Positions 42,601-57,706 of a stretch of DNA of 64,000 nt are shown here, piece by piece. How positions within the stretch are numbered: position 1 is the first letter of the stretch; every line of letters starts with the position of its first letter. This stretch comes from Auanema rhodensis. Its lineage: Eukaryota; Animalia; Nematoda. The position numbers and the translations under genes were made by a program. The notes beneath the pieces were generated by a model. It did no database searches. It was not told the DNA's origin and saw nothing but the letters and a program-made list of their open reading frames with translations. The DNA is taken from positions 4,464,001-4,528,000 of the forward strand of contig OZ059894.1 in the NCBI GenBank assembly GCA_964057225.1, written 5' to 3'.

Positions 42601-45600
42601 ATACACTAATGCATCATTTTTCAAACGATCATAACTAATTTTTGTATTAAGCGTTTCTCAATGTAGTATAGTGCATTCGATGCGGATTTTTAAGCTGCGT
42701 CGATCTGTGTTATCAGATTTGCGCTAGCTTAAAAATGCACCGAGATATCAACTGATATAAGTTCACACTTATATCCTCGATTTTCACCCTGAAGAAATAA
42801 TTTTTTCGTTGAATAACATTGTCCATCGTCTTTGCCTTGAAAAAAGGAATCTAAAAACATCTACTTTTTGCTAAATTATTTTGAAATTTTTCGAAAAAAT
42901 TTTTGTCAAAATGTTTTTGGAAGCGATGTTGAGTGTACATGGAAACTCAACATACACTAATGCATCATTTTTCAAACGATCATAACTAATTTTTGTATTA
43001 AGCGTTTCTCAATGTAGTATAGTGCATTCGATGCGGATTTTTTAGCTGCGTCGATCTGTGTTATCAGGTTTGCGCTAGCTTAAAAATGCACCGAGATATC
43101 AACTGATATAAGTTCACACTTATATCCTCGATTTTCACCCCGAAGAATTAATTTTTTCGTTGAATAACAATGTCCATCGTCTTTGCCTTGAAAAAAGGAA
43201 TCTAAAAACATCTACTTTTTGCTAAATTATTTCGAAATTTTTCGAAAAAATTTTTGTTAAAATGTTTTTGGAAGCAATGTTGAGTGTACATGGAAACTCA
43301 ACATACACTAATGCATCATTTTTCAAACGATCATAACTTATTTTTGTAACAAGCGTTTCTCAATGTAGTATAGTGCATTCGATGCGGATTTTTAAGCTGC
43401 GTCGATCTGTGTTATCAGTTTTGCGCTAGCTTAAAAATGCACCGAGATATCAACTGATATAAGTTCACACTTATATCCTCGATTTTCACCCTGAAGAATT
43501 AATTTTTTCGTTGAATAACATTGTCCATCGTCTTTGCCTTGAAAAAAGGAATCTAAAAACATCTACTTTTTGCTAAATTATTTTGAAATTTTTCGAAAAA
43601 ATTTTTGTCAAAATGTTTTTGGAAGCAATGTTGAGTGTACATGGAAACTCAACATACACTAATGCATCATTTTTCAAACGATCATAACTAATTTTTGTAT
43701 TAAGCGTTTCTCAATGTAGTATAGTGCATTCGATGCGGATTTTTAAGCTGCGTCGATCTGTGTTATCAGGTTTGCGCTAGCTTAAAAATGCACCGAGATA
43801 TCAACTGATATAAGTTCACACATATATATCCTCGATTTTCACCCTGAAGAATTAATTTTTTCGTTGAATAACATTGTCCATCGTCTTTGCCTTGAAAAAT
43901 GGAATCTAAAAACATCTACTTTTTGCTAAATTATTCTGAAATTTTTCGAAAAAATTTTTGTCAAAATGTTTTTGGAAGCAATGTTGAGTGTACATGGAAA
44001 CTCAACATACACTAATGCATCATTTTTCAAACGATCATAACTTATTTTTGTAACAAGCGTTTCTCAATGTAGTATAGTGCATTCGATGCGGATTTTTAAG
44101 CTGCGTCGATCTGTGTTATCAGTTTTGCGCTAGCTTAAAAATGCACCGAGATATCAACTGATATAAGTTCACACTTATATCCTCGATTTTCACCCTGAAG
44201 AATTAATTTTTTCGTTGAATAACATTGTCCATCGTCTTTGCCTTGAAAAAAGGAATCTAAAAACATCTACTTTTTGCTAAATTATTTTGAAATTTTTCGA
44301 AAAAATTTTTGTCAAAATGTTTTTGGAAGCAATGTTGAGTGTACATGGAAACTCAACATACACTAATGCATCATTTTTCAAACGATCATAACTAATTTTT
44401 GTATTAAGCGTTTCTCAAAGTAGTATAGTGCATTCGATGCGGATTTTCAAGCTGCGTCGATCTGTGTTATCAGGTTTGCGCTAGCTTAAAAATGCACCGA
44501 GATATCAACTGATATAAGTTCACACTTATATCCTCGATTTTCACCCTGAAGAATTAATTTTTTCGTTGAATAACATTGTCCATCGTCTTTGCCTTGAAAA
44601 ATGGAATCTAAAAACATCTACTTTCTGCTAAATTATTTTGAAATTTTTCGAAAAAATTTTTGTCAAAATGTTTTTGGAAGCAATGTTGAGTGTACATGGA
44701 AACTCAACATACACTAATGCATCATTTTTCAAACGATCATAACTTATTTTTGTAACAAGCGTTTCTCAATGTAGTATAGTGCATTCGATGCGGATTTTTA
44801 AGCTGCGTCGATCTGTGTTATCAGTTTTGCGCTAGCTTAAAAATGCACCGAGATATCAACTGATATAAGTTCACACTTATATCCTCGATTTTCACCCTTA
44901 AGAATTAATTTTTTCGTTGAATAACATTGTCCATCGTCTTTGCCTTGAAAAAAGGAATCTAAAAACATCTACTTTTTGCTAAATTATTTTGAAATTTTTC
45001 GAAAAAATTTTTGTCAAAATGTTTTTGGAAGCAATGTTGAGTGTACATGGAAACTCAACATACACTAATGCATCATTTTTCAAACGATCATAACTAATTT
45101 TTGTATTAAGCGTTTCTCAATGTAGTATAGTGCATTCGATGCGGATTTTTAAGCTGCGTCGATCTGTGTTATCAGATTTGCGCTAGCTTAAAAATGCACC
45201 GAGATATCAACTGATATAAGTTCACACTTATATCCTCGATTTTCACCCTGAAGAAATAATTTTTTCGTTGAATAACATCGTCCATCGTCTTTGCCTTGAA
45301 AAAAGAAATCTAAAAACATCTACTTTTTGCTAAATTATTTTGAAATTTTTCGAAAAAATTTTTGTCAAAATGTTTTTGGAAGCAATGTTGAGTGTACATG
45401 GAAACTCAACATACACTAATGCATCATTTTTCAAACGATCATAACTAATTTTTGTATCAAGCGTTTCTCAATGTAGTTTAGTGCATTCGATGCGGATTTT
45501 TAAGCTGCGTCGATCTGTGTTATCAGATTTGCGCTAGCTTAAAAATGCACCGAGATATCAACTGATATAAGTTCACACTTATATCCTCGATTTTCACCCT

Positions 45601-48600
45601 GAAGAATTAATTTTTTCGTTGAATAACATTGTCCATCGTCTTTGCCTTGAAAAAAGGAATCTAAAAACATCTACTTTTTGCTAAATTATTTTGAAATTTT
45701 TCGAAAAAATTTTTGTCAAAATGTTTTTGGAAGCGATGTTGAGTGTACATGGAAACTCAACATACACTAATGCATCATTTTTCAAACGATCATAACTAAT
45801 TTTTGTATTAAGCGTTTCTCAATGTAGTATAGTGCATTCGATGCGGATTTTTTAGCTGCGTCGATCTGTGTTATCAGATTTGCGCTAGCTTAAAAATGTA
45901 CCGAGATATCAACTGATATAAGTTCACACTTATATCCTCGATTTTCACCCTGAAGAATTAATTTTTTCGTTGAATAACATTGTCCATCGTCTTTGCCTTG
46001 AAAAAAGGAATCTAAAAACATCTACTTTTCGCTAAATTATTTTGAAATTTTTCGAAAAAATTTTTGTCAAAATGTTTTTGGAAGCAATGTTGAGTGTACA
46101 TGGAAACTCAACATACACTAATGCATCATTTTTCAAACGATCATAACTAATTTTTGTATTAAGCGTTTCTCAATGTAGTATAGTGCATTCGATGCGGATT
46201 TTTAAGCTGCGTCGATCTGTGTTATCAGATTTGCGCTAGCTTAAAAATGCACCGAGATATCAACTGATATAAGTTCACACTTATATCCTCGATTTTCACC
46301 CTGAAGAAATAATTTTTTCGTTGAATAACATTGTCCATCGTCTTTGCCTTGAAAAAAGGAATCTAAAAACATCTACTTCTTGCTAAATTATTTTGAAATT
46401 TTTCGAAAAAATTTTTGTCAAAATGTTTTTGGAAGCGATGTTGAGTGTACATGGAAACTCAACATACACTAATGCATCATTTTTCAAACGATCATAACTA
46501 ATTTTTGTATTAAGCGTTTCTCAATGTAGTATAGTGCATTCGATGCGGATTTTTTAGCTGCGTCGATCTGTGTTATCAGATTTGCGCTAGCTTAAAAATG
46601 TACCGAGATATCAACTGATATAAGTTCACACTTATATCCTCGATTTTCACCCTGAAGAATTAATTTTTTCGTTGAATAACATTGTCCATCGTCTTTGCCT
46701 TGAAAAAAGGAATCTAAAAACATCTACTTTTCGCTAAATTATTTTGAAATTTTTCGAAAAAATTTTTGTCAAAATGTTTTTGGAAGCAATGTTGAGTGTA
46801 CATGGAAACTCAACATACACTAATGCATCATTTTTCAAACGATCATAACTAATTTTTGTATTAAGCGTTTCTCAATGTAGTATAGTGCATTCGATGCGGA
46901 TTTTTAAGCTGCGTCGATCTGTGTTATCAGATTTGCGCTAGCTTAAAAATGCACCGAGATATCAACTGATATAAGTTCACACTTATATCCTCGATTTTCA
47001 CCCTGAAGAAATAATTTTTTCGTTGAATAACATCGTCCATCGTCTTTGCCTTGAAAAAAGGAATCTAAAAACATCTACTTTTTGCTAAATTATTTTGAAA
47101 TTTTTCGAAAAAATTTTTGTCAAAATGTTTTTGGAAGCAATGTTGAGTGTACATGGAAACTCAACATACACTAATGCATCATTTTTCAAACGATCATAAC
47201 TAATTTTTGTATCAAGCGTTTCTCAATGTAGTTTAGTGCATTCGATGCGGATTTTTAAGCTGCGTCGATCTGTGTTATCAGATTTGCGCTAGCTTAAAAA
47301 TGCACCGAGATATCAACTGATATAAGTTCACACTTATATCCTCGATTTTCACCCTGAAGAATTAATTTTTTCGTTGAATAACATTGTTTATCGTCTTTGC
47401 CTTGAAAAAAGGAATCTAAAAACATCTACTTTTTGCTGAATTATTTTGAAATTTTTCGAAAAAATTTTTGTCAAAATGTTTTTGGAAGCGATGTTGAGTG
47501 TACATGGAAACTCAACATACACTAATGCATCATTTTTCAAACGATCATAACTAATTTTTGTATTAAGCGTTTCTCAATGTAGTATAGTGCATTCGATGCG
47601 GATTTTTTAGCTGCGTCGATCTGTGTTATCAGATTTGCGCTAGCTTAAAAATGTACCGAGATATCAACTGATATAAGTTCACACTTATATCCTCGATTTT
47701 CACCCTGAAGAATTAATTTTTTCGTTGAATAACATTGTCCATCGTCTTTGCCTTGAAAAAAGGAATCTAAAAACATCTACTTTTCGCTAAATTATTTTGA
47801 AATTTTTCGAAAAAATTTTTGTCAAAATGTTTTTGGAAGCAATGTTGAGTGTACATGGAAACTCAACATACACTAATGCATCATTTTTCAAACGATCATA
47901 ACTAATTTTTGTATTAAGCGTTTCTCAATGTAGTATAGTGCATTCGATGCGGATTTTTAAGCTGCGTCGATCTGTGTTATCAGATTTGCGCTAGCTTAAA
48001 AATGCACCGAGATATCAACTGATATAAGTTCACACTTATATCCTCGATTTTCACCCTGAAGAAATAATTTTTTCGTTGAATAACATTGTCCATCGTCTTT
48101 GCCTTGAAAAAAGGAATCTAAAAACATCTACTTTTTGCTAAATTATTTTGAAATTTTTCGAAAAAATTTTTGTCAAAATGTTTTTGGAAGCGATGTTGAG
48201 TGTACATGGAAACTCAACATACACTAATGCATCATTTTTCAAACGATCATAACTAATTTTTGTATTAAGCGTTTCTCAATGTAGTATAGTGCATTCGATG
48301 CGGATTTTTTAGCTGCGTCGATCTGTGTTATCAGATTTGCGCTAGCTTAAAAATGTACCGAGATATCAACTGATATAAGTTCACACTTATATCCTCGATT
48401 TTCACCCTGAAGAATTAATTTTTTCGTTGAATAACATTGTCCATCGTCTTTGCCTTGAAAAAAGGAATCTAAAAACATCTACTTTTTGCTAAATTATTTT
48501 GAAATTTTTCGAAAAAATTTTTGTCAAAATGTTTTTGGAAGCAATGTTGAGTGTACATGGAAACTCAACATACACTAATGCATCATTTTTCAAACGATCA

Positions 48601-50686
48601 TAACTAATTTTTGTATTAAGCGTTTCTCAATGTAGTATAGTGCATTCGATGCGGATTTTTAAGCTGCGTCGATCTGTGTTATCAGGTTTGCGCTAGCTTA
48701 AAAATGCACCGAGATATCAACTGATATAAGTTCACACTTATATCCTCGATTTTCACCCCGAAGAATTAATTTTTTCGTTGAATAACAATGTCCATCGTCT
48801 TTGCCTTGAAAAAAGGAATCTAAAAACATCTACTTTTTGCTAAATTATTTCGAAATTTTTCGAAAAAATTTTTGTTAAAATGTTTTTGGAAGCAATGTTG
48901 AGTGTACATGGAAACTCAACATACACTAATGCATCATTTTTCAAACGATCATAACTTATTTTTGTAACAAGCGTTTCTCAATGTAGTATAGTGCATTCGA
49001 TGCGGATTTTTAAGCTGCGTCGATCTGTGTTATCAGTTTTGCGCTAGCTTAAAAATGCACCGAGATATCAACTGATATAAGTTCACACTTATATCCTCGA
49101 TTTTCACCCTGAAGAATTAATTTTTTCGTTGAATAACATTGTCCATCGTCTTTGCCTTGAAAAAAGGAATCTAAAAACATCTACTTTTTGCTAAATTATT
49201 TTGAAATTTTTTGAAAAAATTTTTGTCAAAATGTTTTTGGAAGCAATGTTGAGTGTACATGGAAACTCAACATACACTAATGCATCATTTTTCAAACGAT
49301 CATAACTAATTTTTGTATTAAGCGTTTCTCAATGTAGTATAGTGCATTCGATGCGGATTTTTAAGCTGCGTCGATCTGTGTTATCAGGTTTGCGCTAGCT
49401 TAAAAATGCACCGAGATATCAACTGATATAAGTTCACACTTATATCCTCGATTTTCACCCTGAAGAATTAATTTTTTCGTTGAATAACATTGTCCATCGT
49501 CTTTGCCTTGAAAAATGGAATCTAAAAACATCTACTTTTTGCTAAATTATTCTGAAATTTTTCGAAAAAATTTTTGTCAAAATGTTTTTGGAAGCAATGT
49601 TGAGTGTACATGGAAACTCAACATACACTAATGCATCATTTTTCAAACGATCATAACTAATTTTTGTATTAAGCGTTTCTCAATGTAGTATAGTGCATTC
49701 GATGCGGATTTTTAAGCTGCGTCGATCTGTGTTATCAGATTTGCGCTAGCTTAAAAATGCACCGAGATATCAACTGATATAAGTTCACACTTATATCCTC
49801 GATTTTCACCCTGAAGAATTAATTTTTTCGTTGAATAACATTGTCCATCGTCTTTGCCTTGAAAAATGGAATCTAAAAACATCTACTTTCTGCTAAATTA
49901 TTTTGAAATTTTTCGAAAAAATTTTTGTCAAAATGTTTTTGGAAGCAATGTTGAGTGTACATGGAAACTCAACATACACTAATGCATCATTTTTCAAACG
50001 ATCATAACTTATTTTTGTAACAAGCGTTTCTCAATGTAGTATAGTGCATTCGATGCGGATTTTCAAGCTGCGTCGATCTGTGTTATCAGGTTTGCGCTAG
50101 CTTAAAAATGCACCGAGATATCAACTGATATAAGTTCACACTTATATCCTCGATTTTCACCCTGAAGAATTAATTTTTTCGTTGAATAACATTGTCCATC
50201 GTCTTTGCCTTGAAAAATGGAATCTAAAAACATCTACTTTCTGCTAAATTATTTTGAAATTTTTCGAAAAAATTTTTGTCAAAATGTTTTTGGAAGCAAT
50301 GTTGAGTGTACATGGAAACTCAACATACACTAATGCATCATTTTTCAAACGATCATAACTTATTTTTGTAACAAGCGTTTCTCAATGTAGTATAGTGCAT
50401 TCGATGCGGATTTTTAAGCTGCGTCGATCTGTGTTATCAGTTTTGCGCTAGCTTAAAAATGCACCGAGATATCAACTGATATAAGTTCACACTTATATCC
50501 TCGATTTTCACCCTGAAGAATTAATTTTTTCGTTGAATAACAATGTCCATCGTCTTTGCCTTGAAAAATGGAATCTAAAAACATCTACTTTCTGCTAAAT
50601 TATTTTGAAATTTTTCGAAAAAATTTTTGTCAAAATGTTTTTGGAAGCAATGTTGAGTGTACATGGAAACTCAACATACACTAATG

Positions 50687-53600
50687 CATCATTTTTCAAA
50701 CGATCATAACTAATTTTTGTATTAAGCGTTTCTCAATGTAGTATAGTGCATTCGATGCGGATTTTTAAGCTGCGTCGATCTGTGTTATCAGATTTGCGCT
50801 AGCTTAAAAATGCACCGAGATATCAACTGATATAAGTTCACACTTATATCCTCGATTTTCACCCTGAAGAAATAATTTTTTCGTTGAATAACATTGTCCA
50901 TCGTCTTTGCCTTGAAAAAAGGAATCTAAAAACATCTACTTTTTGCTAAATTATTTTGAAATTTTTCGAAAAAATTTTTGTCAAAATGTTTTTGGAAGCA
51001 ATGTTGAGTGTACATGGAAACTCAACATACACTAATGCATCATTTTTCAAACGATCATAACTAATTTTTGTATTAAGCGTTTCTCAAAGTAGTATAGTGC
51101 ATTCGATGCGGATTTTCAAGCTGCGTCGATCTGTGTTATCAGGTTTGCGCTAGCTTAAAAATGCACCGAGATATCAACTGATATAAGTTCACACTTATAT
51201 CCTCGATTTTCACCCCGAAGAATTAATTTTTTCGTTGAATAACAATGTCCATCGTCTTTGCCTTGAAAAAAGGAATCTAAAAACATCTACTTTTTGCTAA
51301 ATTATTTCGAAATTTTTCGAAAAAATTTTTCTTAAAATGTTTTTGGAAGCAATGTTGAGTGTACATGGAAACTCAACATACACTAATGCATCATTTTTCA
51401 AACGATCATAACTAATTTTTGTATTAAGCGTTTCTCAATGTAGTATAGTGCATTCGATGCGGATTTTTAAGCTGCGTCGATCTGTGTTATCAGATTTGCG
51501 CTAGCTTAAAAATGCACCGAGATATCAACTGATATAAGTTCACACTTATATCCTCGATTTTCACCCTGAAGAATTAATTTTTTCGTTGAATAACATTGTC
51601 CATCGTCTTTGCCTTGAAAAATGGAATCTAAAAACATCTACTTTTTGCTAAATTATTTTGAAATTTTTCGAAAAAATTTTTGTCAAAATGTTTTTGGAAG
51701 CAATGTTGAGTGTACATGGAAACTCAACATACACTAATGCATCATTTTTCAAACGATCATAACTAATTTTTGTATTAAGCGTTTCTCAATGTAGTATAGT
51801 GCATTCGATGCGGATTTTTAAGCTGCGTCGATCTGTGTTATCAGATTTGCGCTAGCTTAAAAATGCACCGAGATATCAACTGATATAAGTTCACACTTAT
51901 ATCCTCGATTTTCACCCTGAAGAATTAATTTTTTCGTTGAATAACATTGTCCATCGTCTTTGCCTTGAAAAATGGAATCTAAAAACATCTACTTTTTGCT
52001 AAATTATTTTGAAATTTTTCGAAAAAATTTTTGTCAAAATGTTTTTGGAAGCAATGTTGAGTGTACATGGAAACTCAACATACACTAATGCATCATTTTT
52101 CAAACGATCATAACTAATTTTTGTATCAAGCGTTTCTTAATGTAGTATAGTGCATTCGATGCGGATTTTTAAGCTGCGTCGATCTGTGTTATCAGATTTG
52201 CGCTAGCTTAAAAATGCACCGAGATATCAACTGATATAAGTTCACACTTATATCCTCGATTTTCACCCTGAAGAATTGAATTTTTCGTTGAATAACATTG
52301 TCCATCGTCTTTGCCTTGAAAAAAGGAATCTAAAAACATCTACTTTTTGCTAAATTATTTTGAAATTTTTCGAAAAAATTTTTGTCAAAATGTTTTTGGA
52401 AGCAATGTTGAGTGTACATGGAAACTCAACATACACTAATGCATCATTTTTCAAACGATCATAACTAATTTTTGTATCAAGCGTTTCTTAATGTAGTATA
52501 GTGCATTCGATCCGGATTTTTAAGCTGCGTCGATCTGTGTTATCAGATTTGCGCTAGCTTAAAAATGCACCGAGATATCAACTGATATAAGTTCACACTT
52601 ATATCCTCGATTTTCACCCTGAAGAATTAATTTTTTCGTTGAATAACATTGTCCATCGTCTTTGCCTTGAAAAATGGAATCTAAAAACATCTACTTTTTG
52701 CTAAATTATTTTGAAATTTTTCGAAAAAATTTTTGTCAAAATGTTTTTGGAAGCAATGTTGAGTGTACATGGAAACTCAACATACACTAATGCATCATTT
52801 TTCAAACGATCATAACTAATTTTTGTATTAAGCGTTTCTCAATGTAGTATAGTGCATTCGATGCGGATTTTTAAGCTGCGTCGATCTGTGTTATCAGATT
52901 TGCGCTAGCTTAAAAATGCACCGAGATATCAACTGATATAAGTTCACACTTATATCCTCGATTTTCACCCTGAAGAAATAATTTTTTCGTTGAATAACAT
53001 TGTCCATCGTCTTTGCCTTGAAAAAAGGAATCTAAAAACATCTACTTTTTGCTAAATTATTTTGAAATTTTTCGAAAAAATTTTTGTCAAAATGTTTTTG
53101 GAAGCAATGTTGAGTGTACATGGAAACTCAACATACACTAATGCATCATTTTTCAAACGATCATAACTAATTTTTGTATTAAGCGTTTCTCAAAGTAGTA
53201 TAGTGCATTCGATGCGGATTTTCAAGCTGCGTCGATCTGTGTTATCAGGTTTGCGCTAGCTTAAAAATGCACCGAGATATCAACTGATATAAGTTCACAC
53301 TTATATCCTCGATTTTCACCCCGAAGAATTAATTTTTTCGTTGAATAACAATGTCCATCGTCTTTGCCTTGAAAAAAGGAATCTAAAAACATCTACTTTT
53401 TGCTAAATTATTTCGAAATTTTTCGAAAAAATTTTTCTTAAAATGTTTTTGGAAGCAATGTTGAGTGTACATGGAAACTCAACATACACTAATGCATCAT
53501 TTTTCAAACGATCATAACTAATTTTTGTATTAAGCGTTTCTCAATGTAGTATAGTGCATTCGATGCGGATTTTTAAGCTGCGTCGATCTGTGTTATCAGA

Positions 53601-56600
53601 TTTGCGCTAGCTTAAAAATGCACCGAGATATCAACTGATATAAGTTCACACTTATATCCTCGATTTTCACCCTGAAGAATTAATTTTTTCGTTGAATAAC
53701 ATTGTCCATCGTCTTTGCCTTGAAAAATGGAATCTAAAAACATCTACTTTTTGCTAAATTATTTTGAAATTTTTCGAAAAAATTTTTGTCAAAATGTTTT
53801 TGGAAGCAATGTTGAGTGTACATGGAAACTCAACATACACTAATGCATCATTTTTCAAACGATCATAACTAATTTTTGTATTAAGCGTTTCTCAATGTAG
53901 TATAGTGCATTCGATGCGGATTTTTAAGCTGCGTCGATCTGTGTTATCAGATTTGCGCTAGCTTAAAAATGCACCGAGATATCAACTGATATAAGTTCAC
54001 ACTTATATCCTCGATTTTCACCCTGAAGAATTAATTTTTTCGTTGAATAACATTGTCCATCGTCTTTGCCTTGAAAAATGGAATCTAAAAACATCTACTT
54101 TTTGCTAAATTATTTTGAAATTTTTCGAAAAAATTTTTGTCAAAATGTTTTTGGAAGCAATGTTGAGTGTACATGGAAACTCAACATACACTAATGCATC
54201 ATTTTTCAAACGATCATAACTTATTTTTGTAACAAGCGTTTCTCAATGTAGTATAGTGCATTCGATGCGGATTTTTAAGCTGCGTCGATCTGTGTTATCA
54301 GATTTGCGCTAGCTTAAAAATGCACCGAGATATCAACTGATATAAGTTCACACTTATATCCTCGATTTTCACCCTGAAGAATTGAATTTTTCGTTGAATA
54401 ACATTGTCCATCGTCTTTGCCTTGAAAAAAGGAATCTAAAAACATCTACTTTTTGCTAAATTATTTTGAAATTTTTCGAAAAAATTTTTGTCAAAATGTT
54501 TTTGGAAGCAATGTTGAGTGTACATGGAAACTCAACATACACTAATGCATCATTTTTCAAACGATCATAACTAATTTTTGTATCAAGCGTTTCTTAATGT
54601 AGTATAGTGCATTCGATCCGGATTTTTAAGCTGCGTCGATCTGTGTTATCAGATTTGCGCTAGCTTAAAAATGCACCGAGATATCAACTGATATAAGTTC
54701 ACACTTATATCCTCGATTTTCACCCTGAAGAATTAATTTTTTCGTTGAATAACATTGTCCATCGTCTTTGCCTTGAAAAATGGAATCTAAAAACATCTAC
54801 TTTTTGCTAAATTATTTTGAAATTTTTCGAAAAAATTTTTGTCAAAATGTTTTTGGAAGCAATGTTGAGTGTACATGGAAACTCAACATACACTAATGCA
54901 TCATTTTTCAAACGATCATAACTTATTTTTGTAACAAGCGTTTCTCAATGTAGTATAGTGCATTCGATGCGGATTTTTAAGCTGCGTCGATCTGTGTTAT
55001 CAGATTTGCGCTAGCTTAAAAATGCACCGAGATATCAACTGATATAAGTTCACACTTATATCCTCGATTTTCACCCTGAAGAATTGAATTTTTCGTTGAA
55101 TAACATTGTCCATCGTCTTTGCCTTGAAAAAAGGAATCTAAAAACATCTACTTTTTGCTAAATTATTTTGAAATTTTTCGAAAAAATTTTTGTCAAAATG
55201 TTTTTGGAAGCAATGTTGAGTGTACATGGAAACTCAACATACACTAATGCATCATTTTTCAAACGATCATAACTAATTTTTGTATCAAGCGTTTCTTAAT
55301 GTAGTATAGTGCATTCGATCCGGATTTTTAAGCTGCGTCGATCTGTGTTATCAGATTTGCGCTAGCTTAAAAATGCACCGAGATATCAACTGATATAAGT
55401 TCACACTTATATCCTCGATTTTCACCCTGAAGAATTAATTTTTTCGTTGAATAACATTGTCCATCGTCTTTGCCTTGAAAAATGGAATCTAAAAACATCT
55501 ACTTTTTGCTAAATTATTTTGAAATTTTTCGAAAAAATTTTTGTCAAAATGTTTTTGGAAGCAATGTTGAGTGTACATGGAAACTCAACATACACTAATG
55601 CATCATTTTTCAAACGATCATAACTAATTTTTGTATTAAGCGTTTCTCAATGTAGTATAGTGCATTCGATGCGGATTTTTAAGCTGCGTCGATCTGTGTT
55701 ATCAGATTTGCGCTAGCTTAAAAATGCACCGAGATATCAACTGATATAAGTTCACACTTATATCCTCGATTTTCACCCTGAAGAAATAATTTTTTCGTTG
55801 AATAACATTGTCCATCGTCTTTGCCTTGAAAAAAGGAATCTAAAAACATCTACTTTTTGCTAAATTATTTTGAAATTTTTCGAAAAAATTTTTGTCAAAA
55901 TGTTTTTGGAAGCAATGTTGAGTGTACATGGAAACTCAACATACACTAATGCATCATTTTTCAAACGATCATAACTAATTTTTGTATTAAGCGTTTCTCA
56001 AAGTAGTATAGTGCATTCGATGCGGATTTTCAAGCTGCGTCGATCTGTGTTATCAGGTTTGCGCTAGCTTAAAAATGCACCGAGATATCAACTGATATAA
56101 GTTCACACTTATATCCTCGATTTTCACCCCGAAGAATTAATTTTTTCGTTGAATAACAATGTCCATCGTCTTTGCCTTGAAAAAAGGAATCTAAAAACAT
56201 CTACTTTTTGCTAAATTATTTCGAAATTTTTCGAAAAAATTTTTCTTAAAATGTTTTTGGAAGCAATGTTGAGTGTACATGGAAACTCAACATACACTAA
56301 TGCATCATTTTTCAAACGATCATAACTAATTTTTGTATTAAGCGTTTCTCAATGTAGTATAGTGCATTCGATGCGGATTTTTAAGCTGCGTCGATCTGTG
56401 TTATCAGATTTGCGCTAGCTTAAAAATGCACCGAGATATCAACTGATATAAGTTCACACTTATATCCTCGATTTTCACCCTGAAGAATTAATTTTTTCGT
56501 TGAATAACATTGTCCATCGTCTTTGCCTTGAAAAATGGAATCTAAAAACATCTACTTTTTGCTAAATTATTTTGAAATTTTTCGAAAAAATTTTTGTCAA

Positions 56601-57706
56601 AATGTTTTTGGAAGCAATGTTGAGTGTACATGGAAACTCAACATACACTAATGCATCATTTTTCAAACGATCATAACTAATTTTTGTATTAAGCGTTTCT
56701 CAATGTAGTATAGTGCATTCGATGCGGATTTTTAAGCTGCGTCGATCTGTGTTATCAGATTTGCGCTAGCTTAAAAATGCACCGAGATATCAACTGATAT
56801 AAGTTCACACTTATATCCTCGATTTTCACCCTGAAGAATTAATTTTTTCGTTGAATAACATTGTCCATCGTCTTTGCCTTGAAAAATGGAATCTAAAAAC
56901 ATCTACTTTTTGCTAAATTATTTTGAAATTTTTCGAAAAAATTTTTGTCAAAATGTTTTTGGAAGCAATGTTGAGTGTACATGGAAACTCAACATACACT
57001 AATGCATCATTTTTCAAACGATCATAACTTATTTTTGTAACAAGCGTTTCTCAATGTAGTATAGTGCATTCGATGCGGATTTTTAAGCTGCGTCGATCTG
57101 TGTTATCAGATTTGCGCTAGCTTAAAAATGCACCGAGATATCAACTGATATAAGTTCACACTTATATCCTCGATTTTCACCCTGAAGAATTGAATTTTTC
57201 GTTGAATAACATTGTCCATCGTCTTTGCCTTGAAAAAAGGAATCTAAAAACATCTACTTTTTGCTAAATTATTTTGAAATTTTTCGAAAAAATTTTTGTC
57301 AAAATGTTTTTGGAAGCAATGTTGAGTGTACATGGAAACTCAACATACACTAATGCATCATTTTTCAAACGATCATAACTAATTTTTGTATCAAGCGTTT
57401 CTTAATGTAGTATAGTGCATTCGATCCGGATTTTTAAGCTGCGTCGATCTGTGTTATCAGATTTGCGCTAGCTTAAAAATGCACCGAGATATCAACTGAT
57501 ATAAGTTCACACTTATATCCTCGATTTTCACCCTGAAGAATTAATTTTTTCGTTGAATAACATTGTCCATCGTCTTTGCCTTGAAAAATGGAATCTAAAA
57601 ACATCTACTTTTTGCTAAATTATTTTGAAATTTTTCGAAAAAATTTTTGTCAAAATGTTTTTGGAAGCAATGTTGAGTGTACATGGAAACTCAACATACA
57701 CTAATG
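50687..57706. repeat. Local higher-order repeat: 6-mer, 8-mer, 6-mer
   Basis: Marker TTTTTCTTAAAA at 51331, 53437, 56245 (spacing 2106, 2808); the 8-mer carries an internal dimer duplication 54197-54898 / 54899-55600. Confidence 0.88.
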
